Positions 38,589-51,069 of a DNA stretch of 64,000 bases are shown here, one piece after another; within the stretch, counting starts at the first letter, position 1; each line of letters opens with the position of its first letter. A model generated the notes under the pieces. It saw nothing but the letters and a program-made list of their open reading frames with translations, searched no databases and was not told the origin of the DNA. Location of the stretch: contig CAWGIE010000008.1 of the NCBI GenBank assembly GCA_963822585.1, positions 32,001 through 96,000 on the forward strand, read 5' to 3'. The stretch is from an uncultured bacterium (lineage in GTDB: Bacteria; Auribacterota; Erginobacteria; Erginobacterales; Erginobacteraceae). The position numbers and the translations under genes are program-made.

Positions 38589-38651
38589 CGGAATCAACAA
38601 GGCGAATTTCCCTTCGGATTCCGACATTAATTTGGGTATCATAGTGTCGTA

Positions 38652-39320
38652 ATGAGTGAAAAGAAACAGCTCGATTTAAAGCGCGTGGTGGAAGCGATGC
38701 TTTTTGTGTCCTCGGAGCCTCTTCCGGTCTCCCGTCTCGAGGAGCTGACCCGGGAAATATGGCAGGAGGGAGAAAGCCTGAGGAAAATACTGACGGACCT
38801 GGAGCGTGAATATGATGAGGAGGGGCGGAGTTTTTCGATCAGGAAGGTGGCCAATGGCTATCAGTTGAGGACCAGGGATTTGTATGCTCCCTGGATCAGA
38901 AAACTGTATACCACCCGCCGGACGGTTCATCTCTCCAAACCGGCGCTGGAAACCCTGGCCATCATCGCCTACAAGCAGCCGATCACCAAGACCGAGATCG
39001 AACTGATCAGGGGGGTCAATGTGGATGGTATTTTGAAGAGTCTGCTTGAACGGGAGCTGATCAAAATAGCGGGCCAGAAGGAAGTCGTGGGGCGTCCGTA
39101 TCTCTACCGGACCTGTCGGAGGTTTCTGGAGTACTTCGGGCTGAACTCCTTGGCGGATCTTCCGCCGCTGGATGCGAGAGAAACGCCGACCGCGAAAAAG
39201 ATTGCCACCACCAGCGACTTGAGACATGAGGTGCCGGAAGTAAGCAGTCAGGAAGAAAGAGAAGGCGAGGGGGATGAAGAAACTCCGGATAAAGCAGGAA
39301 GTCCCGATAATTCGGGGTAG
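38652..39320 (+). CDS. scpB: Segregation and condensation protein B
   Basis: LSKPALETLAIIAYKQPIT, FLEYFGL. Confidence 0.95.
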   Translation: MSEKKQLDLKRVVEAMLFVSSEPLPVSRLEELTREIWQEGESLRKILTDLEREYDEEGRSFSIRKVANGYQLRTRDLYAPWIRKLYTTRRTVHLSKPALETLAIIAYKQPITKTEIELIRGVNVDGILKSLLERELIKIAGQKEVVGRPYLYRTCRRFLEYFGLNSLADLPPLDARETPTAKKIATTSDLRHEVPEVSSQEEREGEGDEETPDKAGSPDNSG

Positions 39321-39336
39321 ACTTCGCCGGCGGTAA

Positions 39337-40186
39337 TTACACATTACACTTTGCACTACAAGGTGCGCCGGAGGCGCTGACTTGCTGCTTCGGAGTTTTA
39401 ATAATCGGAAAAACCCGATTATTAAAATCCCGAAACAGATGGAAAAGCATCTAAAATAAAATCGATGTATTATTTTAACGGTTCCATCTGGCCTATATGG
39501 CAATAATGGCATTCAAAACGGGAGGATTGGTTGGATTATCCTGCTTTCTCTGTTGCAGCTGACGAAAAAGCTCAGAGTCCACCTTTAATTTCGCACCATA
39601 ATGAGAAAAGACTAATTGTATTTTTCGTTTAAGGATTAACTTGATTTTATGGTGACGGGTGAACAATTCCATAAGGTCAATGTTAAACATACTTTTTATC
39701 CTATTCAATCACATTCGATCGTCTGTTTAATAAAGAGGCCGAGGTAGAGGGCAATTCGTGTATATTCGTGTAATTCGTGGTTTATTAAAGGGGGCGAGGT
39801 AGGGGGAACGTAATCTGTGTTCATCTGTGTAAACTTGTGGTGTCTTTAGACCCTGAGCAAAGTCGAAGGGAAGCTATAGTCCTGAGCTTGTCGAAGGGCG
39901 GAATCGAATCCATCTGTGGATTTTAAAGTTGCCCGAGCCCCGGTAAACCGGGGTAGACTGCGCGAGGGCTAAGTTCCTGTTTCGGAATTTCAATAAAGCT
40001 GTGTAAAGTATCAGGTGTCAGGTGTAAAGATCCATTACACTTTACACTTTAAACTTTACACTACAAGTTCCGCCGGAGGCGCTAACTTGCTGTTTCGGAA
40101 TTTCAATCAATCGGGCCGACACAGCGGTCGGTCCCTACGTAGGGGAGGGCCGCCGTGCCCTCCCTCAGTTGCGAAGCTAAGTTCTA
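39337..40186. repeat. Cluster of nested palindromic repeats, including a GTAG-type REP doublet (40113-40164)
   Basis: TTACACT arrays, CAAGTTGCGCCGGAGGCGCTAACTTG hairpins, CGGAATTTCAATAA, CCTGAGC..GTCGAAGGG x2, GTAGGG REPs. Confidence 0.75.
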
Positions 40187-41251
40187 ATGACCACTAAAGA
40201 TCTCCGGGAAAAAATCAAGCTCCTTGATGAAAAGTTGCTCAGGCTTCTCAATCGCCGCGGCCGGCTTGTTCGTCGGGTGAATGACTCGGTGCCGAAAGCG
40301 GAAACCGCCGGCTACGATCCGGCCGGTGACGAGAAAGTGCTTGGGGAAATCGTCCGTCATAACACCGGCCCACTGGAGGATCCGTCGATCCGGGCCGTTT
40401 ACCGGGAGATACTCTCCGCCTGCCGCAAGATCTCGGGGCCGCTGCGGATTTCCTATCTGGGTCCGGAAGCCACCTTCACTCACGCCGCGGCCCGAAAACA
40501 ATTCGGTACGTCGGGGGTTTTCATCCCGGCGGAGAGCATCAGCGGGGTCTTCCGGGAAGTGGAGAACGGCGCCGCCGATTACGGGGTGGTCCCGATCGAG
40601 AATTCGCTGGAGGGGGCGGTTACCTATACTCTTGATATGCTTCTGGATTCTCCCCTCCAGGTCTGCTCGGAAATCTTCCTCCGGGTCTCTCATTGCCTGC
40701 TTTCCAATGTCCCCCTCTCCCGGATTGAGAAGGTCTACTCTCACCCCAGCGTTTTTGGCCAGTGCCGGCGTTTTCTGCAGAAGGCTCTCCCTCATGCCGA
40801 TTTGAGAGAGGTCGCCAGCACTGCCCGGGCGGCGGAACTGGCCGCCGCGGAGAAAGGAAGCGCCGCCCTGGCCGGGAGTCTCTCCGCTTCGATTTACGGG
40901 TTGAAAATCATTCGGCGAAACGTGGAGGACAGCGCCAGCAATATTACCCGTTTCCTGGTTATCGGGAAATCCGGCCCCCACCCCAGCGGCCGGGACCGGA
41001 CTTCGATTCTCTTCTCCCTGCCCCATCGCTCCGGTTCTCTTCACGACGCTCTGAACGCGTTCAAGGCCCGCGGCATCAACCTGACCCGGATCGAGTCCCG
41101 GCCGTCAAAGCAAAAGGCGTGGGAGTATTACTTCTTCGTGGACCTGGAGGGACATCATCGTTCCGGAAAGGTCAAAGAAGCCCTGGAAGAGCTGGAGGCG
41201 AACAGCAAATTCATGAAACTCCTCGGCTCCTATCCGATGGGACAAATCTAA
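40187..41251 (+). CDS. pheA: Chorismate mutase / prephenate dehydratase
   Basis: [32 protein letters not shown]. Confidence 0.96.
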   Translation: MTTKDLREKIKLLDEKLLRLLNRRGRLVRRVNDSVPKAETAGYDPAGDEKVLGEIVRHNTGPLEDPSIRAVYREILSACRKISGPLRISYLGPEATFTHAAARKQFGTSGVFIPAESISGVFREVENGAADYGVVPIENSLEGAVTYTLDMLLDSPLQVCSEIFLRVSHCLLSNVPLSRIEKVYSHPSVFGQCRRFLQKALPHADLREVASTARAAELAAAEKGSAALAGSLSASIYGLKIIRRNVEDSASNITRFLVIGKSGPHPSGRDRTSILFSLPHRSGSLHDALNAFKARGINLTRIESRPSKQKAWEYYFFVDLEGHHRSGKVKEALEELEANSKFMKLLGSYPMGQI

Positions 41252-41282
41252 AATATGCATTCTAAAAAAGGGGGTACAGAAA

Positions 41283-42095
41283 ATGGTTGGTAAAGAAATC
41301 CGCATGGAGCGGATTATGAACAGGAACTCCGGCCGAACCATCATCATTCCCCTGGACCACGGAATCACGCTGGGCCCGATCCCCGGTTTAACCGATATGA
41401 GTCTGGCCATCGACCGGGTGGTCAATGGGGGGGCGAACGCGATCATCATGCACAAGGGGATGGTCAAGGCCGGCCATCGCGGAAGGGGGAAGGATGTGGG
41501 CCTGATCGTCCATCTCTCGGCCAGCACTATTTTAAGTCCGGACCCCCATGATAAAGTGCTCGTCTGCACGGTGGAAGAGGCCGTGCGGCTCGGGGCCGAC
41601 GCCGTCTCCATCCATGTCAACTTGGGGGCGCCGACCGACAGCCGGATGCTTCAGATTATGGGCGCCGTGGCCAAGAGCTGCCGGGATTGGGGTGTGCCCC
41701 TGCTGGCGATGATGTACACGCGGGGAGAAGGGATCACGAATCAGTTTGATGTTAAGTACGTCAAGCATGCCGCCCGGGTGGGAGCGGAGCTCGGGGCGGA
41801 TATCGTCAAGGTCAATTACACCGGTTCTCAGGAGAGTTTCCGGGATGTTGTCGCGGGCTGTCCGGTGCCGGTCGTTATCGCCGGCGGAGAAAAAATGGAG
41901 ACCGATCAGGAACTGCTCACCATGGTCCGGGAGGCATTGTTGGCCGGGGCCTGCGGGGTATCAATCGGCAGAAATGTTTTTCAGCACGACGATCCGATCG
42001 CCATTATCAAGGCGATCGATCTCCTGGTCCATGAGAACGGGAGCATTGAAGATGCGTTGAGCAGTCTTGGTGAGGGAAAAAAGAGCCAAGATTAA
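41283..42095 (+). CDS. aroA': 2-amino-3,7-dideoxy-D-threo-hept-6-ulosonate synthase (class I aldolase, archaeal-type)
   Basis: [24 protein letters not shown]; adjacent to DHQ synthase II. Confidence 0.88.
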   Translation: MVGKEIRMERIMNRNSGRTIIIPLDHGITLGPIPGLTDMSLAIDRVVNGGANAIIMHKGMVKAGHRGRGKDVGLIVHLSASTILSPDPHDKVLVCTVEEAVRLGADAVSIHVNLGAPTDSRMLQIMGAVAKSCRDWGVPLLAMMYTRGEGITNQFDVKYVKHAARVGAELGADIVKVNYTGSQESFRDVVAGCPVPVVIAGGEKMETDQELLTMVREALLAGACGVSIGRNVFQHDDPIAIIKAIDLLVHENGSIEDALSSLGEGKKSQD

Positions 42096-42247
42096 ATCAA
42101 ACGGCATAATGGAGTGATGGAAAGATGGATTACTGGAGTAATGGGGAACCGCGGCCCGGGCCAGTATTCCATTACTCCAGTATTCCAACACTCCGGTTTT
42201 CTTTGTAAGATGATTGATCAAACAGGTGAACCGTTGGAAAAGATATT

Positions 42248-43249
42248 ATGCATGCACCCAAGAAAGTCTGGGTAGACTGCCGTCCCTGGTCGAAGAAAAA
42301 AGTATTGACTGCCCTGGAATCCGGCGCGGACGCGGTTATTGTTCCCCGGGGGAAGGCAAAAACGGTGAAGGAACTCGGAAGGTTGACAACGGTCGGCCCG
42401 GACGGCGATCTGCAGCTGGGATTGTCGGTGGTTGAGATAGAGATCCGGGAACAGGCGGATGAGGAGAGGATTCTTTCCCTGGGAAAAGAAAAAACGGTCA
42501 TTGTTTCCGGCCGGGGCTGGAAGATAATACCTTTGGAAAACATTATCGCCCGTTCGGGGGCGGTGATGGCCTCCGTCGGCAGTCTTCCCGAGGCCAGAAC
42601 CGCCCTGGGCATCCTGGAGAAGGGTGTGGCCGGGGTCGTGGTAAAAAGTTCGGATCTCGGGGCGATCAGAGCGGTTATCAGGCTGGTGAAGAACGGCCGG
42701 GAAAAACTGGCGCTCGAGGCCGCCCGGATCGCGGAGATCAGGGAACTCGGCATGGGTGACCGGGTCTGCGTGGACACCTGCTCGGCCATGAGGATAGGGG
42801 AGGGGCTGCTGGTGGGCAATACCGGTTCGGCCTTCTTCCTGGTTCATTCCGAGAGCGTGGCCAACCCCTATGTGGCTCCCCGTCCCTTCCGGGTCAATGC
42901 CGGCGGTATTCATGCCTACACGATTCTCCCCAACGGGAAGACCTGCTATCTCTCCGAGATCGCGATCGGAAGCGAGGTGCTCTCGGTTACTTTCAGGGGA
43001 GAGACCCGTCCGGCTATCGTCGGCCGGGCAAAAGTGGAGAAACGTCCGCTGCTCCTGGTAAAGGCGAAAGCGAAGAAAAAAGAGGTCAGCCTGATTCTGC
43101 AGAACGCCGAGACCATTCGGTTGGTCCGTCCCTCCGGAAAGCCGATTTCGGTGGTGGAGTTGAAGAAAGGTGATGACGTTATGGTCTATTTCTCCGGCGG
43201 GGGACGTCATTTCGGGACGAAGATCAGGGAAAGCATCCAGGAAAAATAA
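42248..43249 (+). CDS. aroB': 3-dehydroquinate synthase II
   Basis: WKIIPLEN, GDRVCVDTC, RPFRVNAG, ILQNAETIRL, RHFG. Confidence 0.95.
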   Translation: MHAPKKVWVDCRPWSKKKVLTALESGADAVIVPRGKAKTVKELGRLTTVGPDGDLQLGLSVVEIEIREQADEERILSLGKEKTVIVSGRGWKIIPLENIIARSGAVMASVGSLPEARTALGILEKGVAGVVVKSSDLGAIRAVIRLVKNGREKLALEAARIAEIRELGMGDRVCVDTCSAMRIGEGLLVGNTGSAFFLVHSESVANPYVAPRPFRVNAGGIHAYTILPNGKTCYLSEIAIGSEVLSVTFRGETRPAIVGRAKVEKRPLLLVKAKAKKKEVSLILQNAETIRLVRPSGKPISVVELKKGDDVMVYFSGGGRHFGTKIRESIQEK

Positions 43250-43432
43250 TGCCGGAATGACGAAACCCGAATGTCGAAATCCGAAAGAATTTAGTAATGA
43301 CGAATGATCGGGTAACATCGACATCCACCCCGCCTCCGAGGGAGGGGGATTTATTATTCGTTATTCGGATTTCGTCATTCTTTCGTCAGCCGGTTTGTCT
43401 TTATTGAATAGGTAATTCAAAGCGAGGTTTCA

Positions 43433-44335
43433 ATGCCGGGGAAATCCCTCTACAAAAAGGTCACCATCGTCGGCCTCGGATTCATGGGCGGCTCGCTGGG
43501 GCTGGCCCTCAAGGATAAGCATCTGGCCGGAGAGGTCGTGGGGTGGGGAAGGAGCGAAGAGAAGCTCGAAAAAGCCCGAAAACAGGGGGCCGTCGATCGC
43601 TGGACCATGGATCGGGATGACGCGCTCTCCAATGCTGACCTCCTGGTTTTCAGCACGCCGGGCAGCGTAACCCGCCGCCTTGCTCCGGAGTGGTTCGCCC
43701 GGGCGCCTTCCGGCTGCCTGATGACCGACCTTCTTTCCGTCAAGGGCGGGTTAGTCGATACTCTGACCGGTTTTACCGGTCCTCGGCGGTATTACGTGAG
43801 TTCTCATCCTCTATGCGGTTCGGAACGGACCGGCGCGTCCGCCGCGCGGCCTGATTTATTCGCCGGTCGCCTTTGTTTGATAACGCCGGTTCGCGGTACG
43901 AAAAAACCCGCCATCGGCGAGATTCAGAAATTATGGCAGGCACTGGGCATGAATGTTGTCTCTCTGGCGCCCGCCAGTCATGACCGGGTGGTGGCGGCCG
44001 TCAGCCATCTTCCCCACCTGTCTGCCGCGGCCCTGGTCAACCGGATCGGCGATGAGAAGCTTTTATCGTACAGCGGTACCGGCCTTCTGGATACCACCCG
44101 GATCGCCGCTTCCAGCCCCGTCCTTTGGACGGAGATAATCATGGAGAACAGCAAAGAGGTGCTCGGGCAGATTGACGGGTTGCTGGAATCCCTGGCGCTG
44201 GTAAAGAAATTTCTGCAAGCCGGTGATTCTTCCCGGCTTGGCGCCTGGTTGCGGAAAGCCGGTGTCCGCCGGCAGAAGCTGAATATAACCACGAAGAGCA
44301 CGAAGGAGAAATCGGGAAAGAGAACTGTGAAGTAA
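43433..44335 (+). CDS. tyrA: Prephenate/arogenate dehydrogenase
   Basis: GLGFMGGS, HPLCGSE, HDRVVAAVSHLPH, DTTRIA. Confidence 0.93.
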   Translation: MPGKSLYKKVTIVGLGFMGGSLGLALKDKHLAGEVVGWGRSEEKLEKARKQGAVDRWTMDRDDALSNADLLVFSTPGSVTRRLAPEWFARAPSGCLMTDLLSVKGGLVDTLTGFTGPRRYYVSSHPLCGSERTGASAARPDLFAGRLCLITPVRGTKKPAIGEIQKLWQALGMNVVSLAPASHDRVVAAVSHLPHLSAAALVNRIGDEKLLSYSGTGLLDTTRIAASSPVLWTEIIMENSKEVLGQIDGLLESLALVKKFLQAGDSSRLGAWLRKAGVRRQKLNITTKSTKEKSGKRTVK

Positions 44336-44586
44336 GAGAGCAAAGAGCCCTTTATTAAAGACGTTCTACCTATCTAATACGATTCGCTTCCGACCGTCTG
44401 GCAACAGATTAGAGCGTTGATTGTCTCAAAATAATTGAAGCGATTCGGAAGATTCCCGCTCCCCGATATGTTATTAACCTTCGTGATCGTAGTCTACCCC
44501 GCGATGAACGTAGTTCATTCTGCGGGGTGTCCTTCGTGGTAAAAATCAGCAAGTCAAAACGTAATACATGAGGGGGATTCATCAGG

Positions 44587-45264
44587 ATGAATACTGAAAA
44601 GAAAAATATCATTGTCACCATGGACGGGACCTGCGGTTCGGGGAAAAGCACGATCGCCAAACGTCTGGCGGAACGGCTGGGAGTCATTTACCTGGATACC
44701 GGGGCCATGTACCGGGCGATCACCTGGAAGGCCCTCCGGTCGCCGGTGGATCTGAAGGACGTTGCCGGTCTGATTGATCTGGCAAAGAAGACCGAGATCC
44801 GCCTGAAAAAGGGCGGCGAGGGGACCGATGTTTTCGTCGACGGTCAGGAGGTGACCAGGGTGATCCGTACCCCGGAAGTGACAAATGCCGTGAAATTTCT
44901 GGCGGATATTGCGGAGGTCAGGGAGGAGCTGGTCTCCCAGCAGCGGGAAATCGCCGCTTCCCGGAGCGTGGTCGCGGAAGGGAGAGATACCGGTACCGTA
45001 GTCTTCCCGCATGCTGATTATAAGTTTTACGTGGACGCTCCTTTGGAAGTACGGACCGACCGCCGGTACGCGGAATTTCTCCAGAAGGGCATGAAGGTTA
45101 CCAGGGAGGAAGTGGAAAAAGACTTAAGAGCGAGAGACCACGCGGATAAATCCCGGCCGGTCGGAGGGCTGCGGCTGGCCGATGACGGGATCGTAATAGA
45201 CACCGGCGATACTGACGATGTGGAGGTTAATTTACAAAAGATCCTAGCCCGTATAAATAAATAA
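44587..45264 (+). CDS. cmk: Cytidylate kinase
   Basis: GSGKST, LDTGAMYR, EGRDTGTVVFP. Confidence 0.96.
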   Translation: MNTEKKNIIVTMDGTCGSGKSTIAKRLAERLGVIYLDTGAMYRAITWKALRSPVDLKDVAGLIDLAKKTEIRLKKGGEGTDVFVDGQEVTRVIRTPEVTNAVKFLADIAEVREELVSQQREIAASRSVVAEGRDTGTVVFPHADYKFYVDAPLEVRTDRRYAEFLQKGMKVTREEVEKDLRARDHADKSRPVGGLRLADDGIVIDTGDTDDVEVNLQKILARINK

Positions 45265-45636
45265 CAGACAAAACCCGCCGATTCATCATACTGGAGTAAT
45301 GGAGTACAGGAATGATGGAGTAATGGAATTCCGGCCGAGTTGGCTTTCCCGCCCCGCCATTATTCCATCACTCCACCACTCCCGGTTACTCAATGCGAGC
45401 ATTCCGAGTAGTTATAAAAGGGTACTCCCAGTTAGGTATTGACTGCCGGTCCCCCCAGTGCTACTCTCCACCCCCTTAATTTACAGCACGTAATGAAAAC
45501 TGTACTATTTGTTCAAAACATAAATACTCGCCGAAGGCGCGCATTTATTAAAACTATTATTTTTGCCCGGCAAAAATAATACAACCGAAACGGATATCCC
45601 CGGATGGGATAGCCGCGCAAGAAAGGAACAGTAAAA

Positions 45637-47439
45637 ATGACGGAACCAATCAACGAAACAACTCAACAGATTAATGAGGACGCGGCCGCGGAAGCCCTGT
45701 CCAGTGAAGAGCTGGCTGAGATGGTCAATGCGACCATGCAACATCTGGAAGAAGGGAAGATGGTGACCGGTAAGGTTTACGGGATCCGGTCTGAGTATGT
45801 GGTCGTCGACATCGGATACAAGTCCGAGGGTCTGATCCCCTTAAGCGAATTTGAGACCGAGACCAGCCTGCAGACCGGGGACACGGTGGAAGTGCTCCTG
45901 GAGCGGTTGGAGGACAAAGACGGCATGGTCTGCATCTCCAAGCAGAAGGCGGACAAGCTGAAAAACTGGGAGAGGATCGTCTCACAATACCAGGAAGGGG
46001 ACAGTATCTCCGGGGTGATCTCCCGGCGTGTCAAGGGCGGCATGATGGTCGATATCGGACTGGATGCTTTTCTCCCCGCTTCCCAGGTCGATATTCACTA
46101 TGTTAAGGATAAAGACGGTCTGATGGGCCAGGAATTTGATTTTAAAATCATCAAGATCAATGACCGCCGCCGCAATATCGTCCTTTCCCGGCGGGAACTC
46201 CTGGAGGAGGAACGGAATCGGGCCCGGAGCAAGCTTCTCTCCGAGATCGCGGAAGGCGATCTCAGAAAGGGAGTGGTCAAAAATATAACCGATTTCGGGG
46301 TTTTTATCGACCTGGGCGGTCTGGACGGTTTATTGCACATTACGGATATGTCCTGGGGCCGGATTAGTCATCCCTCCGAGCTGCTGGCGGTGGGAGATGA
46401 AGTCGAGGTAAAAATTCTGAAGTATGATCGGGATCGGGAACGGGTCTCTCTCGGACTGAAGCAAAAGTCGTCCAACCCGTGGGAGTCGGTGGCGGAAAAA
46501 TATCCTCCCGGCAAGAAAGTTCAGGGCCGGGTGGTGAACATTATGCCCTATGGGGCCTTTGTCGAGCTGGAGGATGGAGTGGAAGGCCTGGTCCATATCT
46601 CCGAGCTTTCCTGGACGCGGAAGATAAACCATCCCACCGAAATTCTGGCGATCGGCGATGTTGTCGAGATCGTTGTCCTCAAGGCCCAGCCGGAAGAAGA
46701 AAAAATCTCCCTCGGCATCAAGCAGCTTGAGGTAAATCCCTGGACGCAGGTCGCCGATAAGTTCCCGGTGGGAAGTATCGTGAAAGGAAAAATTCGGAAC
46801 ATGACTTCCTATGGGGCCTTTCTCGAACTCGAGGAAGGTATCGATGGGCTGATTCATGTCTCCGACATGTCGTGGACAAAGAAAATAGCCCACCCCTCCC
46901 AGTTGTTCAAACGGGGGGATAAGGTGGAAGCGGTCGTCATCTCGATCGATGCCGAGAATAAAAAGATTTCACTGGGGACCAAACAACTGGAGGTTGACCC
47001 CTGGACCGAGGTCACCAGTAGATACACCCCGGGAGATATCATTGAAGGGAAGGTGACCAAAGTCACGGGCTTCGGCGTCTTCGTGGAGCTTGATACCGGT
47101 ATTGAAGGCCTGGTGCATATTTCCCAGGTCAGCGATAAGCCGTTCGAGAACATCAAGGACGTCATCTCTGAAGGCGTTATGGTCAAGGCCCAGGTAATCA
47201 ATATCGACAAGGATGAACGTCGCATCGCTTTGAGTATCAAGAATTATCTTCAGGGGAAGGGATTGGAACCGTGTCCGCCTGACGGCGCGGAGAAACCTCG
47301 GCCCCAAGTGAAGGATGTCGATACCCGCCTCAAGGATGGCCTCGAAAAACTGGCGGAGGCGATAGCCGAATCACCCCCGGCCTCCCCCGACGTAGAGGAC
47401 CAAGAAACGAACGGGGCGCTCGAGGGAGAAGAGAGATAA
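45637..47439 (+). CDS. rpsA: 30S ribosomal protein S1
   Basis: Six S1 domains, DIGYKSEG, GLLHITDMSW. Confidence 0.97.
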   Translation: MTEPINETTQQINEDAAAEALSSEELAEMVNATMQHLEEGKMVTGKVYGIRSEYVVVDIGYKSEGLIPLSEFETETSLQTGDTVEVLLERLEDKDGMVCISKQKADKLKNWERIVSQYQEGDSISGVISRRVKGGMMVDIGLDAFLPASQVDIHYVKDKDGLMGQEFDFKIIKINDRRRNIVLSRRELLEEERNRARSKLLSEIAEGDLRKGVVKNITDFGVFIDLGGLDGLLHITDMSWGRISHPSELLAVGDEVEVKILKYDRDRERVSLGLKQKSSNPWESVAEKYPPGKKVQGRVVNIMPYGAFVELEDGVEGLVHISELSWTRKINHPTEILAIGDVVEIVVLKAQPEEEKISLGIKQLEVNPWTQVADKFPVGSIVKGKIRNMTSYGAFLELEEGIDGLIHVSDMSWTKKIAHPSQLFKRGDKVEAVVISIDAENKKISLGTKQLEVDPWTEVTSRYTPGDIIEGKVTKVTGFGVFVELDTGIEGLVHISQVSDKPFENIKDVISEGVMVKAQVINIDKDERRIALSIKNYLQGKGLEPCPPDGAEKPRPQVKDVDTRLKDGLEKLAEAIAESPPASPDVEDQETNGALEGEER

Positions 47440-47699
47440 GGCTGTTGTTGAATCCCGGTTTCACCGGGATTGAGCGGGGTAGGGTTGCGGGCGGCCTGGT
47501 TCCACAACCGTCCCACGCACCCGATTCGAGCCGCGCCACCGCAACCTTTTTCCCCAAAATTACGAACGAAGTGAGCTAACTTGCCGCTTCGGAATTTCAA
47601 TAACGTAGTATGGAGTGTAAGGTATAAAGGGGAAAGTTTCATTACACTTTAAACGTTACACTTTACACTACAAGTTGCGCCGGAGGCGCTAACTTGTAC

Positions 47700-48923
47700 A
47701 TGGATAAAGTCAAACAACAGCTGGACGTCATCCGCCGGGGCGCCGTCGACATCATTCCGGAGGATGAACTGGAGGCGAAGATCCGCGGATCGCTGGCCGA
47801 TGCCCGCCCTCTCCGGGTCAAATACGGCGCCGATCCTTCCGCCCCCGACATCCATCTCGGGCATACCGTTCCCCTGCGGAAACTGCGCGAATTCCAGGAG
47901 CTGGGACACCTGGTCATTTTTATTATCGGTGACTTCACCGCCCTGGTCGGGGACCCTTCCGGCAGATCCGGGACCCGGCGGCGTCTCTCACACGAAGAAG
48001 TGATGGAGAACGCCCTTACCTATCAGGAACAGGTGTTCAAGATACTTAACCGGGACCGCACCGAAGTAGTCTATAACAGTGCCTGGCTGTCGCCTCTGAA
48101 GTTTCCCGATATCATCGAACTGACCTCCAAGTACACGGTGGCCAGGATGCTGGAGCGTGATGACTTTGCGAAAAGGTACCGGGAAGGACGTCCCATCAGC
48201 GTTCTCGAATTTCTCTATCCCCTGATGCAGGGATATGATTCCGTGATTGTCGAGGCGGACGTGGAATTGGGGGGAACCGATCAGACTTTTAATTTGCTCC
48301 TGGCCCGCGAGATCCAGCGGGAATATGGGCAGGTCCCCCAGGCCGTCGTAACGCTCCCCTTGTTGGAAGGGACCGACGGGGTGCAGAAGATGAGCAAAAG
48401 CTTGGGGAATTACGTGGGGATCAGCGAGCCGGCCCGGGATATTTACGGTAAGATCATGTCGATATCCGACAACCTGATGTGGCGTTACTTCAAGCTTCTA
48501 TCGGGACGGAGCCTGGAAGAGATCGCGGAAGCCCAGCAGGCCTGTTCCGGGGGGACCAACCCGATCGTATGGAAGAAGAAACTCGCCTATGAGATTACCG
48601 AGCGCTTCTCCTCCCCGGATGAAGCCCGCGCGGCGCAGGATCTTTTTGAGACAGTACACCAGAAGCAGGAAGTCCCCCGGGAGATGCCGACGATTACTCT
48701 CTCCTCGGATGATATGGGACCCGGGGGGATTAACATTGTGAACCTGCTCAGGATATCCTCCCTGACGGCGACAAACTCGGAAGCACGGAGAAAAATAAAG
48801 GAAGGAGCGGTCACCGTAAACGGAGAAAAAATATTTGAACACGACACCGTTATCGCAGTCAAAGATAATGACGTCATCAGGCTGGGCAAGCGGAATTTTT
48901 GCCGGATCAAATTGCCTGCATGA
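47700..48923 (+). CDS. tyrS: Tyrosine--tRNA ligase
   Basis: DPSAPDIHLGH, YPLMQGYD, KMSKS, S4 domain; alternative TTG start at 47694. Confidence 0.97.
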   Translation: MDKVKQQLDVIRRGAVDIIPEDELEAKIRGSLADARPLRVKYGADPSAPDIHLGHTVPLRKLREFQELGHLVIFIIGDFTALVGDPSGRSGTRRRLSHEEVMENALTYQEQVFKILNRDRTEVVYNSAWLSPLKFPDIIELTSKYTVARMLERDDFAKRYREGRPISVLEFLYPLMQGYDSVIVEADVELGGTDQTFNLLLAREIQREYGQVPQAVVTLPLLEGTDGVQKMSKSLGNYVGISEPARDIYGKIMSISDNLMWRYFKLLSGRSLEEIAEAQQACSGGTNPIVWKKKLAYEITERFSSPDEARAAQDLFETVHQKQEVPREMPTITLSSDDMGPGGINIVNLLRISSLTATNSEARRKIKEGAVTVNGEKIFEHDTVIAVKDNDVIRLGKRNFCRIKLPA

Positions 48924-48942
48924 AAATATTTTTATTTTCTTG

Positions 48943-48971
48943 TTGACATTTGGTGACGCCGGATCTACAGT
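48943..48971 (+). promoter_or_regulatory. rrn promoter
   Basis: TTGACA-N17-TACAGT with AT-rich upstream element; boxA-like TGTTCTTTGAAAA at 49069. Confidence 0.7.
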
Positions 48972-49131
48972 GCCTATGATGATGAAAATAGGATGCTCCT
49001 TAACAATGTAAGAGACATCTATATTTATTCGCAGGTTTCCAAAAATGCATCTGCGGATGCATTTTTTTTGTTCTTTGAAAATTGAATGGTAAGACGGGCT
49101 CCAGTACGAAAGCCGGATCGATTCTTAAATA

Positions 49132-50730
<1,599 letters not shown>

Positions 50731-50995
50731 AAGAGTAAAACGACTTTCGTGCTGTGAGCCCGTCTTACCATTTAATTTCTTTTCGCTTCGCGAAAATAAA
50801 TTAGTGAATCGCGGCTTACGCCGCGATTGATGTTCTGCATTCGCGGATTGTAGAAATAGCAACGCGATAGGTTGATACTTCGGAATCAGCACGAATTAAC
50901 CAATTCCGTGACTATAATTGTTAACCCGCGTGCCAGGATCACTCGGCGCCGAAGGCGCCGAGCAATATTTTATTACGCGAAGCGGAATAAAATAA

Positions 50996-51069
<74 letters not shown>

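Noticed and set aside
39493..39708. 71-aa AT-rich ORF or pseudogene
   Set aside because: No recognisable motifs, and its start lies in a repeat motif
47440..47699. T-box riboswitch before tyrS
   Set aside because: No T-box consensus (GGTGGNACCGCG) or specifier stem is recognisable
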